Of a stretch of 64,000 nucleotides of DNA, positions 49,953-59,926 are shown piece after piece. The translations under genes were made by a program, and so were the position numbers. Under the pieces are notes generated by a model. That model had not been told where the DNA came from and did no database searches. It worked only from the letters and a program-made list of their open reading frames with translations. Source of the DNA: Planctomycetota bacterium. Its GTDB lineage: Bacteria; Planctomycetota; PLA2; JAEUHO01. The DNA lies in the NCBI GenBank assembly GCA_965222115.1, contig CBDCTJ010000003.1, forward strand, positions 352,001 through 416,000. Reading direction: 5' to 3'. Each line of letters opens with the position of its first letter. Position 1 is the stretch's first letter.

Positions 49953-52738
49953 TTTGTTTCCCCCGTATTCGTTTCGCCGGGGTGCGGAACACCCCAAACC
50001 TGCCAACCGGCCCAATGATCCGGATCGCGAAATGCGGCACTTGATGCAAGCTCCTGCTTCGCACGTCGCAGCGCCTGCATAAGCGGTTCACCCGCCCCTT
50101 GCTTCGGATTCCATCGGCGATAAAACGCCGTCATGAACGCTTGCGTCGCTTGGTCGTCTACCGGCCAAAGGCTCGCAATGACAGCGCGTGCACCGGCCGA
50201 CAAGAAGCCGCGAGCGAGGGACAGGCTTCCTTCGGAGCGTGACAGTTGCCCGATTCCACTCTGACACGCCGAGAGCACGACGAGGTCGGTCCGAATGGGA
50301 ATCCGTTCAATCTCCTCCATCGTCAATCGCCCGTCGTCATGCCCGCTCGGCGAGAGTCGCAGCGCCGAACGCTGCGGTACGTAGTCATCGAGGTCGCCAT
50401 GGGCGGCGATGTGAATCGCACGCCATCCTGGTTTCTCACTCGCCGCACGTCGGTAGGCCTCCTCCGTTGCACTCGCTCGCACATGGACCTTGGTTCCGAT
50501 GGCGCGGGCTTCGTCGCCCGACGCACGCAGTCTCGCCAAAGACGTGTCGGCGCTGTAGTCCGGGTCGGCGAGGGCAACAACGCGCCTGCCGCCGACGCGC
50601 TTTCGCGCGAGCAGTTCTTGGAGTATGGCGAACGACGGAACGATCGAGACCGTTCGACGACCCAAGTACTCCGCAATCGGCATATGCGCGGTCACCCCTG
50701 TCGTAGATACATAGATATGGGTCGTGACGGGGTCAAGGGCAAGAGCGGCATCGAAACGCGTGCGGTAGGTGTCTCTCAATACGTTCCATGCATTCGGATG
50801 CTCTTGCTCGGCAAACGCCCTCTGCGCCGCATTGAGTTTCTCCACGGCGCCCAGGGTCACCAGACGCGCGTGTTTCCCGCTTACAACGAGTGCCAGCACG
50901 GTGTCGTCAAATACGTGGATGGACATCCACGCGCGATGGGCGGGGAGCAATCGACGGGCCTCGCGGAGGCGTTTCACACGGGGCTTGAATGTCCGCCCGC
51001 CGCGCAACGCGCTGCGCCTCACCGCCACGGCCTCGTGTAACGCCTGTCTCGCGGCTTCGACCTCCGGCATCGCATTCGACTCAAACGCTTGAAGCAGACG
51101 CCGACGCGCACGTCGAATCGCCGCGTCATGCTTGTAACGAGCATGTGCATCCCCGTGTGATTCATGTGCAGGGACGCGGTGATGGCGTGCCAGGGAATTG
51201 AGCAGCACACGTGCACGGCCTTCTTCGGCAAAACGAAAGAACGCGTCGGCATTCTTTGATGCGAACGCAGCGCGCATGCCTAAGTCCAATACGCTCTGAT
51301 CGCTGTCCCGTACGCGAATGACGTCCAGCGGCGCGAGATCGTTTGAACGATCATCGAGATACGGCACGGCTTCGTGCACAGATGCGATGGCGCCGGCATG
51401 GTCGCCTTGACTCAACTGCGCCGTTGCACGGCCACGTAGCGCAGCCACAATCATGCGCGGATTGTGCAGCTCGGTTGCAAGGGCGTGCGCACGCGTTAGA
51501 GACTGAATCGATGCGCGATGATCGTCCTTCGCGTGCTGTGCACCCGCCAGGGTGAGCAGGGCGACGAGTTCGTCCATCCGCAGCCGGAGCTTCCGTGATC
51601 GTGCCAAGTTCTCCGTTGCCAGTTGAGCCGCCAAATCAAACCGGTCCGATTTGAGCATGAGATCGGCCACATTCCCACGGACGACCATCTCCTGTTCGAC
51701 GTCGTTGATGGCCTGGGCGCGCGCTGCAATGGACGTTAGGCGTGAAACGAGCTCGTCACTCTTGTTGCCGTCCGCAATGTCAATATTCGCGAGATCCAGA
51801 TCGATCGCGAGAAGCTCCGAGGGCGCGCTTGCCCCGACGAGCTCCCGTTTCGCCACCATAACGTAGCTTCGCGCCTGCGACAGGTCTCGTAGTCGCCACG
51901 CAAGAACGCCAAGTTCCCGCACCGATTGTGCCGCGTGGAGCACGAATCCATGCTGGCGTTGAATCTCACGGGCACGCAGGAGACGCCGTTTTGCCCGACC
52001 ATAGTCACCCGACGTGATGTCGAGACGACCAAGTGCCGCCAGCGTATTGGCATACCCACGGGGGTCGCCGTGCTCACTGCGCATGGACAGGGATTCACCA
52101 AAGTGTTTGCGCGCCCTGGCAATATCTCCTTGCTGTGCATGCAACATGCCGAGATTTTGGTGCGCCTTCATGACGCCGGGGCGCATAAACGCTTCTCCAT
52201 AACTCTTGGCAGCGGCAGGCGCCCTTTCGAGTACGCGCTTCATCGAAGCAATCGCCTTTCGATCTTCGCCTAAGAGGTCGTAGGCCAGGCCTCGATTGAG
52301 TTCGAGCATGAGCAGCGCACGCCCGTGATCTACATTTTGAAACAAGCGCTCCGCCTCGGCATAAAGCGAAAATGTTTGCTCACGCAGCCGTAGGCGAGAC
52401 GCGACGTTTGCCGCGGACATGAGCGCGATCGCACGCGCCTGATCGTCCTTACGCTCCGCATGAATCTCAGCTTCACGTTGAAAATGGTTGAGCGAACACT
52501 CAAATCGCCCCAGATTTACACACGATCGTGCCTTCGCAGCGTGCATCGCCGCCGACTCATCTAACTCGCCGCGTTTGTAAAGCGCTTCGGCAATATCTAC
52601 ATCCTCGACCACCTGCTTTGCAGGATTCCGTGCCTCGTCTTCGGAAGCGCCACCTTGTGCGCGACTCTGCCACCATCCGAACACCAGAAGCGAAACGATT
52701 CCTGCAGTAAGTGCTAGTGCGCTGCGCTTGTTCATCAT
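49949..52738 (-). CDS. TPR + CHAT (caspase/HetF-like) protease with N-terminal signal/TM
   Basis: Start MMNKRSALALTAGIVSLLVFGWW after GGAG; TPR-like helices (AHQNLGMLH, ANTLAALG); CHAT dyad IHIAAHG and LVVLSACQSG; SLARGFLSAGA, ASLWPVDD, FMTAFY, HWAGW. Confidence 0.92.
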   Translation of the reverse strand: MMNKRSALALTAGIVSLLVFGWWQSRAQGGASEDEARNPAKQVVEDVDIAEALYKRGELDESAAMHAAKARSCVNLGRFECSLNHFQREAEIHAERKDDQARAIALMSAANVASRLRLREQTFSLYAEAERLFQNVDHGRALLMLELNRGLAYDLLGEDRKAIASMKRVLERAPAAAKSYGEAFMRPGVMKAHQNLGMLHAQQGDIARARKHFGESLSMRSEHGDPRGYANTLAALGRLDITSGDYGRAKRRLLRAREIQRQHGFVLHAAQSVRELGVLAWRLRDLSQARSYVMVAKRELVGASAPSELLAIDLDLANIDIADGNKSDELVSRLTSIAARAQAINDVEQEMVVRGNVADLMLKSDRFDLAAQLATENLARSRKLRLRMDELVALLTLAGAQHAKDDHRASIQSLTRAHALATELHNPRMIVAALRGRATAQLSQGDHAGAIASVHEAVPYLDDRSNDLAPLDVIRVRDSDQSVLDLGMRAAFASKNADAFFRFAEEGRARVLLNSLARHHRVPAHESHGDAHARYKHDAAIRRARRRLLQAFESNAMPEVEAARQALHEAVAVRRSALRGGRTFKPRVKRLREARRLLPAHRAWMSIHVFDDTVLALVVSGKHARLVTLGAVEKLNAAQRAFAEQEHPNAWNVLRDTYRTRFDAALALDPVTTHIYVSTTGVTAHMPIAEYLGRRTVSIVPSFAILQELLARKRVGGRRVVALADPDYSADTSLARLRASGDEARAIGTKVHVRASATEEAYRRAASEKPGWRAIHIAAHGDLDDYVPQRSALRLSPSGHDDGRLTMEEIERIPIRTDLVVLSACQSGIGQLSRSEGSLSLARGFLSAGARAVIASLWPVDDQATQAFMTAFYRRWNPKQGAGEPLMQALRRAKQELASSAAFRDPDHWAGWQVWGVPHPGETNTGETK

Positions 52739-52760
52739 GGACTCCGTTCGTGTTGGATTT

Positions 52761-54818
52761 TCAATTGGCGTGTTTCGTGGTCGTCGGCAGCGGCAAACCA
52801 AGCGCGCGCCGTGCCGCTTCGAGAACGGCCCGGCCCAACCGTCCGACCCTCGGCACGTGCCGCAGCGTTTCGAGCGCCGCGGTGTAGCGCCCTTGCGTGT
52901 ACAGAACGAATGCACGCCTTTCCTCGGGAAGTGCTTGTGTGGCGCGATCGACGATGGCGAGCGAAGCCGACGTCTGCTTCGGGTCGGCATCGGTCATGAC
53001 CGTAAAGGTGGCTCGACCCGCTTCTTCGCCCTCCATGTCCAACACATTCCACGTATAAGTTTGGCCTGGACGAAGCCGACCACGAATGTCTTCGGGAATC
53101 ACGATCCGCTGTGTGGCCGCGTCCGTCGCCTTGATGATCCGCTGAAAACTACTCCCATATACATCCATTGCAACGGTCCCATAGGTACCGGGTGGCATGG
53201 CAACCGTTAGCGCCACCACATCGTTCTTTGTCACGTTGCCGCGGGGAAGCCATGCGACGGGAGATGCGCGACTGCGTACGACGCGATGATGCGCTCTTGC
53301 CGACGCACGTACAAGTGCAACCATTTCGCGAACGAGCTCCGGTGCGTCCTCGCGCAACTGCTCCGCCGGCGCCAATTGGACTTCATCGCCACTGCGAATG
53401 CGGCACCGTTGGCTCCACGAATGAAAGTACGGTGATTCCCAACGAACTTCGTGTGAGCCGGGCGAGAGCTTGTGTCCGCGTAGCGGCGCCCCGCCACACG
53501 CCACACCATCGACATAGACTTCGCCCCCACCCAACGTCTCGGGAACCACGTGCAGCGTTCCACGGCGAAACGTGGTCCACCAAACGGTTCCTAGGCCCAA
53601 CATCGCGACCACGACGGCGGACGCAACCCAATGACGTTTCGCGAAACGCGCGGCTTTGGCGAAACGTCTGGACGGCATTCGGATTTCACGTCCCTGTGCC
53701 ACTTTCCGCAGGTCGTCAGCCAGCGCGCGCGCGTCGGCATAGCGATCCCGGGGATCTACTTCCAAAGCGCGGTGAATGACCTGAGCAATTGCGGGGGCAA
53801 TCGTCGGCGTAACGGACGCTAGTGGAGCGATCGATCCCCGCGTGACACACGTTCGCACGTCTGCTAAAGATTCGGCGGCGCCATGAATACGCTGGCCGCT
53901 CAGCGTCTCGTACATCACCGCGCCAAGGCCGTAGATGTCGGAGCGCCCATCCAGCCGTTTCGGATCACCACGCCATTGCTCGGGACTCATGTAGGAGGGA
54001 CTTCCGAGCATGTCGCCGTGCTGCGTGAGTGACGTGCCGAGTTCGGTCTTCGCAAGATCAAAGTCGGTGAGGACCAATCGACCCTTGGCGTCCAAGATCA
54101 AGTTGGAGGGCTTGACATCGCGGTGCACGATTCCCACGTGGTGATAGGCCGCGAGGGCTTCCGCCACGCCGACAAACGCCATGGCGATGCGCCGCGAAAA
54201 TCGATGGGCGCCGCGTCCCACGCCGGGAATACCGAGTCGATCCAGTACATGGTCGCGTTCGACACCGGAGGAGATTTCCTCTGCGTGAAGCTGACCAATG
54301 GCGTCGCTCCAGGTGGGGCCGCGCAAGAGCCCCATCACGATGTAGGGTCGGTCTGACGTGTTGGCAATGCCGTGATCAAAAATACGCGCCGCATGATCAT
54401 GTTCGACTTGAGCTGCGGCGGCCGCCCCCGCTTCAAACCGCTGCCGCGCCTCTGTGTTGCTCAGCCGTTGATGCAAGACCTTGAGCGCCACTTCACGAGA
54501 CAGGCCCACTTGCCACGCTCGAAACACATCGCCATACGATCCAGAACCCAAGTAGGCGAGGGTGCGATAGCCCTCCACGACAACGCCCACACCACCCTCG
54601 TCGAGTGACTTGTCTTGCACAACCGGGCGCTCGCTGAGGGTCTCATCCAACACGCGCGTAAACTGGGCGAATGCTCCTCCCGCTTGATCGCGATAGTCAT
54701 TCACGTCGGGCTCCTCCCCATGCAATGCGCGCAGAAAATAATCGGCAACAAGCATGGAAACGGTCGGGTCCATCTCGTCTTCTTGTGTATGGATGTGATG
54801 TCGCTCGTGGGGCATCAT
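52761..54818 (-). CDS. Receptor Ser/Thr kinase with TM, PEGA domain and DUF928-like C-terminus (start may be 54773)
   Basis: LGSGSYGDV, VALK, HRDVKPSN, TDFDLA, GSPSYMSPEQ, DIYGLG; TM; PEGA-like GGEVYVDG...LSPGSHEV; LRPGQTYTWNV...RAFVLYTQGRYTAALETL. Confidence 0.88.
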   Translation of the reverse strand: MMPHERHHIHTQEDEMDPTVSMLVADYFLRALHGEEPDVNDYRDQAGGAFAQFTRVLDETLSERPVVQDKSLDEGGVGVVVEGYRTLAYLGSGSYGDVFRAWQVGLSREVALKVLHQRLSNTEARQRFEAGAAAAAQVEHDHAARIFDHGIANTSDRPYIVMGLLRGPTWSDAIGQLHAEEISSGVERDHVLDRLGIPGVGRGAHRFSRRIAMAFVGVAEALAAYHHVGIVHRDVKPSNLILDAKGRLVLTDFDLAKTELGTSLTQHGDMLGSPSYMSPEQWRGDPKRLDGRSDIYGLGAVMYETLSGQRIHGAAESLADVRTCVTRGSIAPLASVTPTIAPAIAQVIHRALEVDPRDRYADARALADDLRKVAQGREIRMPSRRFAKAARFAKRHWVASAVVVAMLGLGTVWWTTFRRGTLHVVPETLGGGEVYVDGVACGGAPLRGHKLSPGSHEVRWESPYFHSWSQRCRIRSGDEVQLAPAEQLREDAPELVREMVALVRASARAHHRVVRSRASPVAWLPRGNVTKNDVVALTVAMPPGTYGTVAMDVYGSSFQRIIKATDAATQRIVIPEDIRGRLRPGQTYTWNVLDMEGEEAGRATFTVMTDADPKQTSASLAIVDRATQALPEERRAFVLYTQGRYTAALETLRHVPRVGRLGRAVLEAARRALGLPLPTTTKHAN

Positions 54819-54835
54819 GGGGACCGAACCCGAGC

Positions 54836-55849
54836 CTACAGATCGTCCATGAACCGCCTCGCGGCGTGGAGTTGGTTGAGTGGGTTCGCTGACGCAGGCG
54901 CTTTGTCGTGCACACGGAACTCATGCGTGAACCGTCGCGAGGCAAGCGCCATGAACCCATAGAGCCACATGGCCATGAAAATGAAGTGGACGATGTGATT
55001 CGGCCCTGGCAGCGTCAGCCAGAGCATCCAGTCAAACGCCAATGCGCCGCAGAGCGCCGCCATGGCCGCCCGTGCCCACGGAACGCCCATACGCAGCGAT
55101 GCACCCCCTATGATGAGTAATACATCTTCCACAGCTTCCATCGTCCAACCGGGAAGGGCGGGGATCACATTCAAGTGTTCGGGAACACCAACGAGCGATA
55201 CGAAGAACGAAGGTATATAGGCCGAGGACGCAGCAACGGCGGCAACAAGCATGAGATGAAGTACGCCCGTCACGATGAGACACTTCCCAAGCGTTGCAAT
55301 GGGATCGGAGATCGTTCCTTGAATGGGCATGGCCGGACGAGGAACAACGACCGCGTGGCCAAGTAGCTTGCGCGCCCCGATCACGATTGCCCACACCACG
55401 AGTGGCAACGGTGCAAACAGCATGAGTGCGTCGAGATTGCTTTGATGAGTAAACAGTCGTTCGGTGATCAGCGCGATGACGCCACCCAGCGCGACAGTTA
55501 GATAGCCCGCAGTTGACTGTGGATTGCGTAACACCATGACCGCGCCAGCCAAGAGCGCAGAACCTGCGAACAGGTAATCCGTCGGTCCCCAAACGATGAA
55601 CCAGTCAAGGAGTACGTAGCCGAATGCCGCCGCCCACCAACTCATCAGAAGTCGACCCTGACGGAGGCCGCGTCCCAGATCGAGCCATGAACCGGGTACG
55701 GCGTACTGCTTGGCCTCCACGTCGATCACAACCGGCTCGTCTTCATGCGTGGCGGCCGCATTAGGCCCCTCGATTGGCAACTCGGGGATCGGCGCGTCAG
55801 TAACAGGTGCGTCAGCGGATCGAATCGCTACAGGCGTCGAATCGTGCAC
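54836..55849 (-). CDS. Hypothetical multi-pass membrane protein
   Basis: About 8 hydrophobic segments; RBS GGAGG; ends 17 bp before the kinase ORF. Confidence 0.65.
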   Translation of the reverse strand: MHDSTPVAIRSADAPVTDAPIPELPIEGPNAAATHEDEPVVIDVEAKQYAVPGSWLDLGRGLRQGRLLMSWWAAAFGYVLLDWFIVWGPTDYLFAGSALLAGAVMVLRNPQSTAGYLTVALGGVIALITERLFTHQSNLDALMLFAPLPLVVWAIVIGARKLLGHAVVVPRPAMPIQGTISDPIATLGKCLIVTGVLHLMLVAAVAASSAYIPSFFVSLVGVPEHLNVIPALPGWTMEAVEDVLLIIGGASLRMGVPWARAAMAALCGALAFDWMLWLTLPGPNHIVHFIFMAMWLYGFMALASRRFTHEFRVHDKAPASANPLNQLHAARRFMDDL

Positions 55850-56001
55850 GGCAAAACCTCCATAACCCGAAGGGCGGGCTATGGGGTTGAGCGCAAACGC
55901 GAGTCGAGTACTACATGACTACACCGAAATTTCCGGTGCTGCGTGGTCGATATCGATTCGGAGCCGAGCCAATAGCAGGTGGGCATGCTCTAGGCGTTTG
56001 A

Positions 56002-56400
56002 CTAGCGCTTCGAGAACTGGAAGCGGGCTCGGGCGCCGCGCTGACCGTACTTCTTTCGCTCGGAGACACGGGCATCGCGTGTGAGGTAGCCGCTGCCACG
56101 CATTTGGGCTTCGAGACCTGCGTCGGCCTTGACCAATGCGCGCGCAATGCCGAGACGAACGGCATCGGCCTGTCCCTGAGGTCCACCACCTTTGACATTG
56201 ACGTGTACGTCGTAGGTAGATTCCGTGCTGGTGAGCGTGAGGGGTTGACGCACGGCAAGTTTTTGAGCGCGCGTTGTAAAGTACTCGGCCCAGTCTTTGT
56301 TATTCACCCGCATGATGCCTTCACCTGGCGTTAGACGAACACGCGCAATGGCGGTCTTTCGTCGTCCCGTACCCCAGGTAAATGTCTTCTGTCCAGCCAT
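56002..56400 (-). CDS. rpsI: 30S ribosomal protein S9
   Basis: GTGRRKTAIARV, GGGPQGQA, LTRDAR-ERKKYG, QFSKR. Confidence 0.99.
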   Translation of the reverse strand: MAGQKTFTWGTGRRKTAIARVRLTPGEGIMRVNNKDWAEYFTTRAQKLAVRQPLTLTSTESTYDVHVNVKGGGPQGQADAVRLGIARALVKADAGLEAQMRGSGYLTRDARVSERKKYGQRGARARFQFSKR

Positions 56401-56403
56401 GGA

Positions 56404-56850
56404 TTACCTCCCCGTCCCGAACTGGAGTTCGGTGGGCTGCTGCGCGTGATGCGGGTGTTTGTCGTCGGCGTAGACCTTAAGTTTTTTCAACATGGCACGA
56501 CCCAAGTTGGTCTTGGGGAGCATACGCCGCACAGCCAGACGAACGATGTCTTCAGGATGACGTTCCTGCATACGAGTGTAGGGAACTTCTTTCAATCCGC
56601 CGGGCCAACCGGTGTGATGGCGATAGACCTTCTTGTTTTCCTTGCCGCCCGTGAGCTGCACCTTGGGTGCGTTGATGACGACGATGTAGTCGCCACAGTC
56701 CACATGGGGTGTGTAGGTGGCCTTGTGTTTGCCCATCAGACGCCGGGCAATTTCCGCCGCCATGCGTCCCAAGATTTCTTGAGAGGCATCCACAACGAAC
56801 CACTCGGCACCCACGTGCGGCTTGGTCTGGACAGTCGTTTTCGTTCGCAT
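56404..56850 (-). CDS. rplM: 50S ribosomal protein L13
   Basis: WFVVDA, LGRMA, GKHKATYTPHVDCGD, HHTGWPGG, MLPK, LKVY, HAQQP. Confidence 0.98.
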   Translation of the reverse strand: MRTKTTVQTKPHVGAEWFVVDASQEILGRMAAEIARRLMGKHKATYTPHVDCGDYIVVINAPKVQLTGGKENKKVYRHHTGWPGGLKEVPYTRMQERHPEDIVRLAVRRMLPKTNLGRAMLKKLKVYADDKHPHHAQQPTELQFGTGR

Positions 56851-56944
56851 ACGAGTCACCCACGGGGCGCCACATATGGGCGCTCCCAACACCCGAGTCA
56901 GCACGAATGAGATTCCGGCTGGACTTCGGGCAGACAAGCGGGAA

Positions 56945-56972
56945 AGCGTATCGGGCGGGCTCCCTCGGTCAA
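56945..56972 (-). promoter_or_regulatory. Candidate sigma-70 promoter of rplM-rpsI
   Basis: TTGACC-N16-TACGCT on the minus strand. Confidence 0.35.
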
Positions 56973-57019
56973 GGCCGGGCAGGCGGCCAAATCCGCGCAA
57001 TTTTCCCGCGTCGTGAGGG

Positions 57020-58645
57020 CTACGGATGGTGAAACGCTCGAACAACCAGTTCCCGAATCGGCTCCAGCCCCACAATCCTAATGCCTCTATTTCCCGGCCT
57101 AGCAGACGCATAGCCCCGGAGATCCAACCGAGGCGTCGTCCTTGAGAACAGCGTCTCGACGCGCGCCCGCTCGTCCAGTTCCAACTCACGTGGCGCTGAC
57201 AGGGGCGCTTCCTGATACAGGCGTTCGAGGAGCAGCCAGGCAACTTGCCTCGGTGGAACGACCAATTGGCCTTCGATGCCTACGTATCCACCCCACGATC
57301 GGAAGAATCCGGGCCCCACAACCCGAACCCGGTCGTTGAGCCCATCGGGCCCGGCGTGAACGCGAACTATATGCAGTTCCCTGCTTGGTGCATCAGCGCC
57401 AAGACGCAGCACAACGGCATCCACGCGTGCAGCGGGCACGGAGGGCGCCAAGAACCAAAGAGCAATCACCGTCGCCAGCGACGCCACACAGGTCATGACG
57501 AATCGAGATCGTACGGTTCGCGCCGCGCGTTGAAGCCCGAACAATGCCAAGACGTACAGCGCCACCAATGCTAGCGATCGTCCATGCCGACCGCGTGTAA
57601 GAGACCACGCGCCCCAAGCATCCGTTGCGGGCGAGATACGAGGTGCACGATGGAACACGGTGGACAGGCGGGGAAGCCACGCGCGTTGATCGGCAAGTTT
57701 CGCCCCCGCGTCTGCTGCGCTTGTGGCTGTGAGTACATGGCCGAGTGTGCCGTCAGGCAATTCGCGAACGCGTTCACCGAGCAACGGTGGGTGCCGCTCC
57801 TCATCCAACATCATGACCGCGCCCCCCACGCGAACGAATTCCACCACGACACGAGACCAACGCTTGCCTCGCACGTCATCGAGCCATGCATCGGGACCGC
57901 AGAACACGACATCCACGGGCGCGATGTCCCATACGCGCTCAAGTTTTCCTCCGGTCGCGCGCAACACATCGTCTGCGCGCACGATTGTCAACTCGGTTGA
58001 GGCTTCCGGTGGTGCGATCGATGTCGATAGCCACAAAACAACCGGTCGCGGACCTGGGTGTGTTCCCCGTTCTGCAGCAAGCCATATCGGGCCTTCGGTG
58101 AACCCACGGTTTGACTGAAAACCCAATTGGGAAACGCGCGTGGCACCGCCCTCGCGCAGTCCCTCGTGCTGCGCACCGGGAGGCAACTCGCTCAACGTGC
58201 GTTCGTAGCGTTCGGTCGGTGACCGCTTCGCGAATGCGCGCCACCACTCGCTCGCGCCTCGCGACGTCACCGCCGCAACCGTTGCAAGGGAGAGCGCCAC
58301 GACAAGCGAACTGGCGGCGAGACGTCGGCGTGGTTTCGACACAATGGACAGCAGGCATGCGCCGGACAAGCACAACCACCATGCCCAGCCCGGCAGGGGG
58401 AGGAACCGAATGCGACCCTCACCGGTAAACACCAGCGCCGCGACGATCGGCAGCGCCGCCAGGAGCATCAACACGATGTCCGACGTCTTATGGATCCCGA
58501 AAAAGACGGCCCACACGATGAGCCCAACCAACAAAACGCGCCATGGCACCCACACGTCGGCCATGGACCACGACGAGCAAGCCGCGGGAATCAACAGCGC
58601 AACGACAAACAGCGAAGCAACAGCAACAGCGGTGCGCGTGTGCAT
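57020..58645 (-). CDS. Hypothetical membrane protein
   Basis: About 5 N-terminal TMs, soluble domain (EFVRVGGAVMM), two more TMs and a C-terminal domain; start uncertain. Confidence 0.55.
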   Translation of the reverse strand: MHTRTAVAVASLFVVALLIPAACSSWSMADVWVPWRVLLVGLIVWAVFFGIHKTSDIVLMLLAALPIVAALVFTGEGRIRFLPLPGWAWWLCLSGACLLSIVSKPRRRLAASSLVVALSLATVAAVTSRGASEWWRAFAKRSPTERYERTLSELPPGAQHEGLREGGATRVSQLGFQSNRGFTEGPIWLAAERGTHPGPRPVVLWLSTSIAPPEASTELTIVRADDVLRATGGKLERVWDIAPVDVVFCGPDAWLDDVRGKRWSRVVVEFVRVGGAVMMLDEERHPPLLGERVRELPDGTLGHVLTATSAADAGAKLADQRAWLPRLSTVFHRAPRISPATDAWGAWSLTRGRHGRSLALVALYVLALFGLQRAARTVRSRFVMTCVASLATVIALWFLAPSVPAARVDAVVLRLGADAPSRELHIVRVHAGPDGLNDRVRVVGPGFFRSWGGYVGIEGQLVVPPRQVAWLLLERLYQEAPLSAPRELELDERARVETLFSRTTPRLDLRGYASARPGNRGIRIVGLEPIRELVVRAFHHP

Positions 58646-58791
58646 GAAAACGATGGCCCCATTCGTCCTATTGAAAGACCGTCGTCGGATTGAAAGACGG
58701 TCTTCCGATTGAAGGACAGTAGCCCGCGCGAGCCTACAACACGACCGCATGGACCTGAGGTTTCAACGCAAGACCGTGGCCTTCGTTCGAT

Positions 58792-59769
58792 TTATCTCCA
58801 GGATGGCGTGGAGCGGTACGCATCCATGAGCGGTTCGTCGCGCACATCCAAGTAACCGCCGGGAAGGGGTTGCGTGAGAAGGCGACGCAGGCGATGGAGC
58901 TTTGTTCGCGTATCGTCTTCACCTTGGACGCGAGACCGCGCGCGATCGGTGCGGCCCCACTCCACCGTTCGCACTACGCGCTTTCCGCCGCGGCGCTCGG
59001 GAGGACAGATAATGCGCAAGCGCACCTCGCCATCATGGCGCTGCGAAACGCTCGCGGGAAAGCGTGATACGTCGATGGCGTGCACCGTTACACGACCGGC
59101 AAAGAGCTCATATACCATCTTCGCAATGCGCGTGGCGGCCACGGCTTCGGCAACCTGCTCGTGGCGGTCCTCCCACACCTTCCCGACGGCGGGCAACGGG
59201 CGCGCCCGAATCCCCGTCACGTAGGGAATTGGATACCCCACGTGCTCGACAAAGCGTTGATACGGTTCGGCGGGTAGCAGGCAACCGTCATCACTTAGGT
59301 AACGCTCGAGTACAGCGGGCTTCCCGTCCCGAGTCGTTGTGGGAAAGCGAACGCGAGCTACGGGAACTCGAAAGGAAACGCGCGCATCGGCAAAGCGCGG
59401 ATAACGAATGCGCACTTCATCAACTTGTCGAACCAGCGGATGCTGCAACAAGTGAGACTTCACAATGGCTTCCGCGTCGTTGTCATACACCGACACCTTG
59501 AAACGCGAGAACTGATCCGGGTGCTCGGAGTGAAACGCATCCGACGAAAGCCACGCTGGAATATTGACGACCTTTACGCGACTCGGTGCCACTTGATAGC
59601 CCTGCAGCCCATAGCTGTAGGCGCGCGCCTCTTTCATGACGAGGCTAACCCCCAGCAAGACCCCGGAAGCCAGCAGCGCACGTATCAATACATGGCCACG
59701 AGGCGAACGTACAAGGTCGAGGAATCGTGCACCCAGTCCGTCATCGTTAGTGGTGGTACCGCGCGCCAT
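58792..59769 (-). CDS. FtsQ/DivIB-like protein (TM + POTRA-like domain)
   Basis: Single TM then LLQHPLVRQVDEVRIRYP...SFRVPVARV, LSDDGCLLP, IPYVTGI, VEWG, YLDVR. Confidence 0.65.
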   Translation of the reverse strand: MARGTTTNDDGLGARFLDLVRSPRGHVLIRALLASGVLLGVSLVMKEARAYSYGLQGYQVAPSRVKVVNIPAWLSSDAFHSEHPDQFSRFKVSVYDNDAEAIVKSHLLQHPLVRQVDEVRIRYPRFADARVSFRVPVARVRFPTTTRDGKPAVLERYLSDDGCLLPAEPYQRFVEHVGYPIPYVTGIRARPLPAVGKVWEDRHEQVAEAVAATRIAKMVYELFAGRVTVHAIDVSRFPASVSQRHDGEVRLRIICPPERRGGKRVVRTVEWGRTDRARSRVQGEDDTRTKLHRLRRLLTQPLPGGYLDVRDEPLMDAYRSTPSWR

Positions 59770-59926
59770 AAGAAGGGAAACTCCTGCGGGGGGGGCGCCG
59801 AAACTCGGCACACCACCGCAGGTCACGGGATCGGCTGTTCATGACCCGTGCTTCAATCGCGGAGAGCCCGTTCGGTCTTCGTTCGCACATCGAACACGCG
59901 TAGGGTCAACACCGATGCGGACCGCT

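Noticed and set aside
49949-52738. CRISPR-associated TPR-CHAT (Csx29/Craspase)
   Set aside because: No Cas7-11, Csx30/31 or array nearby; the protein appears exported.
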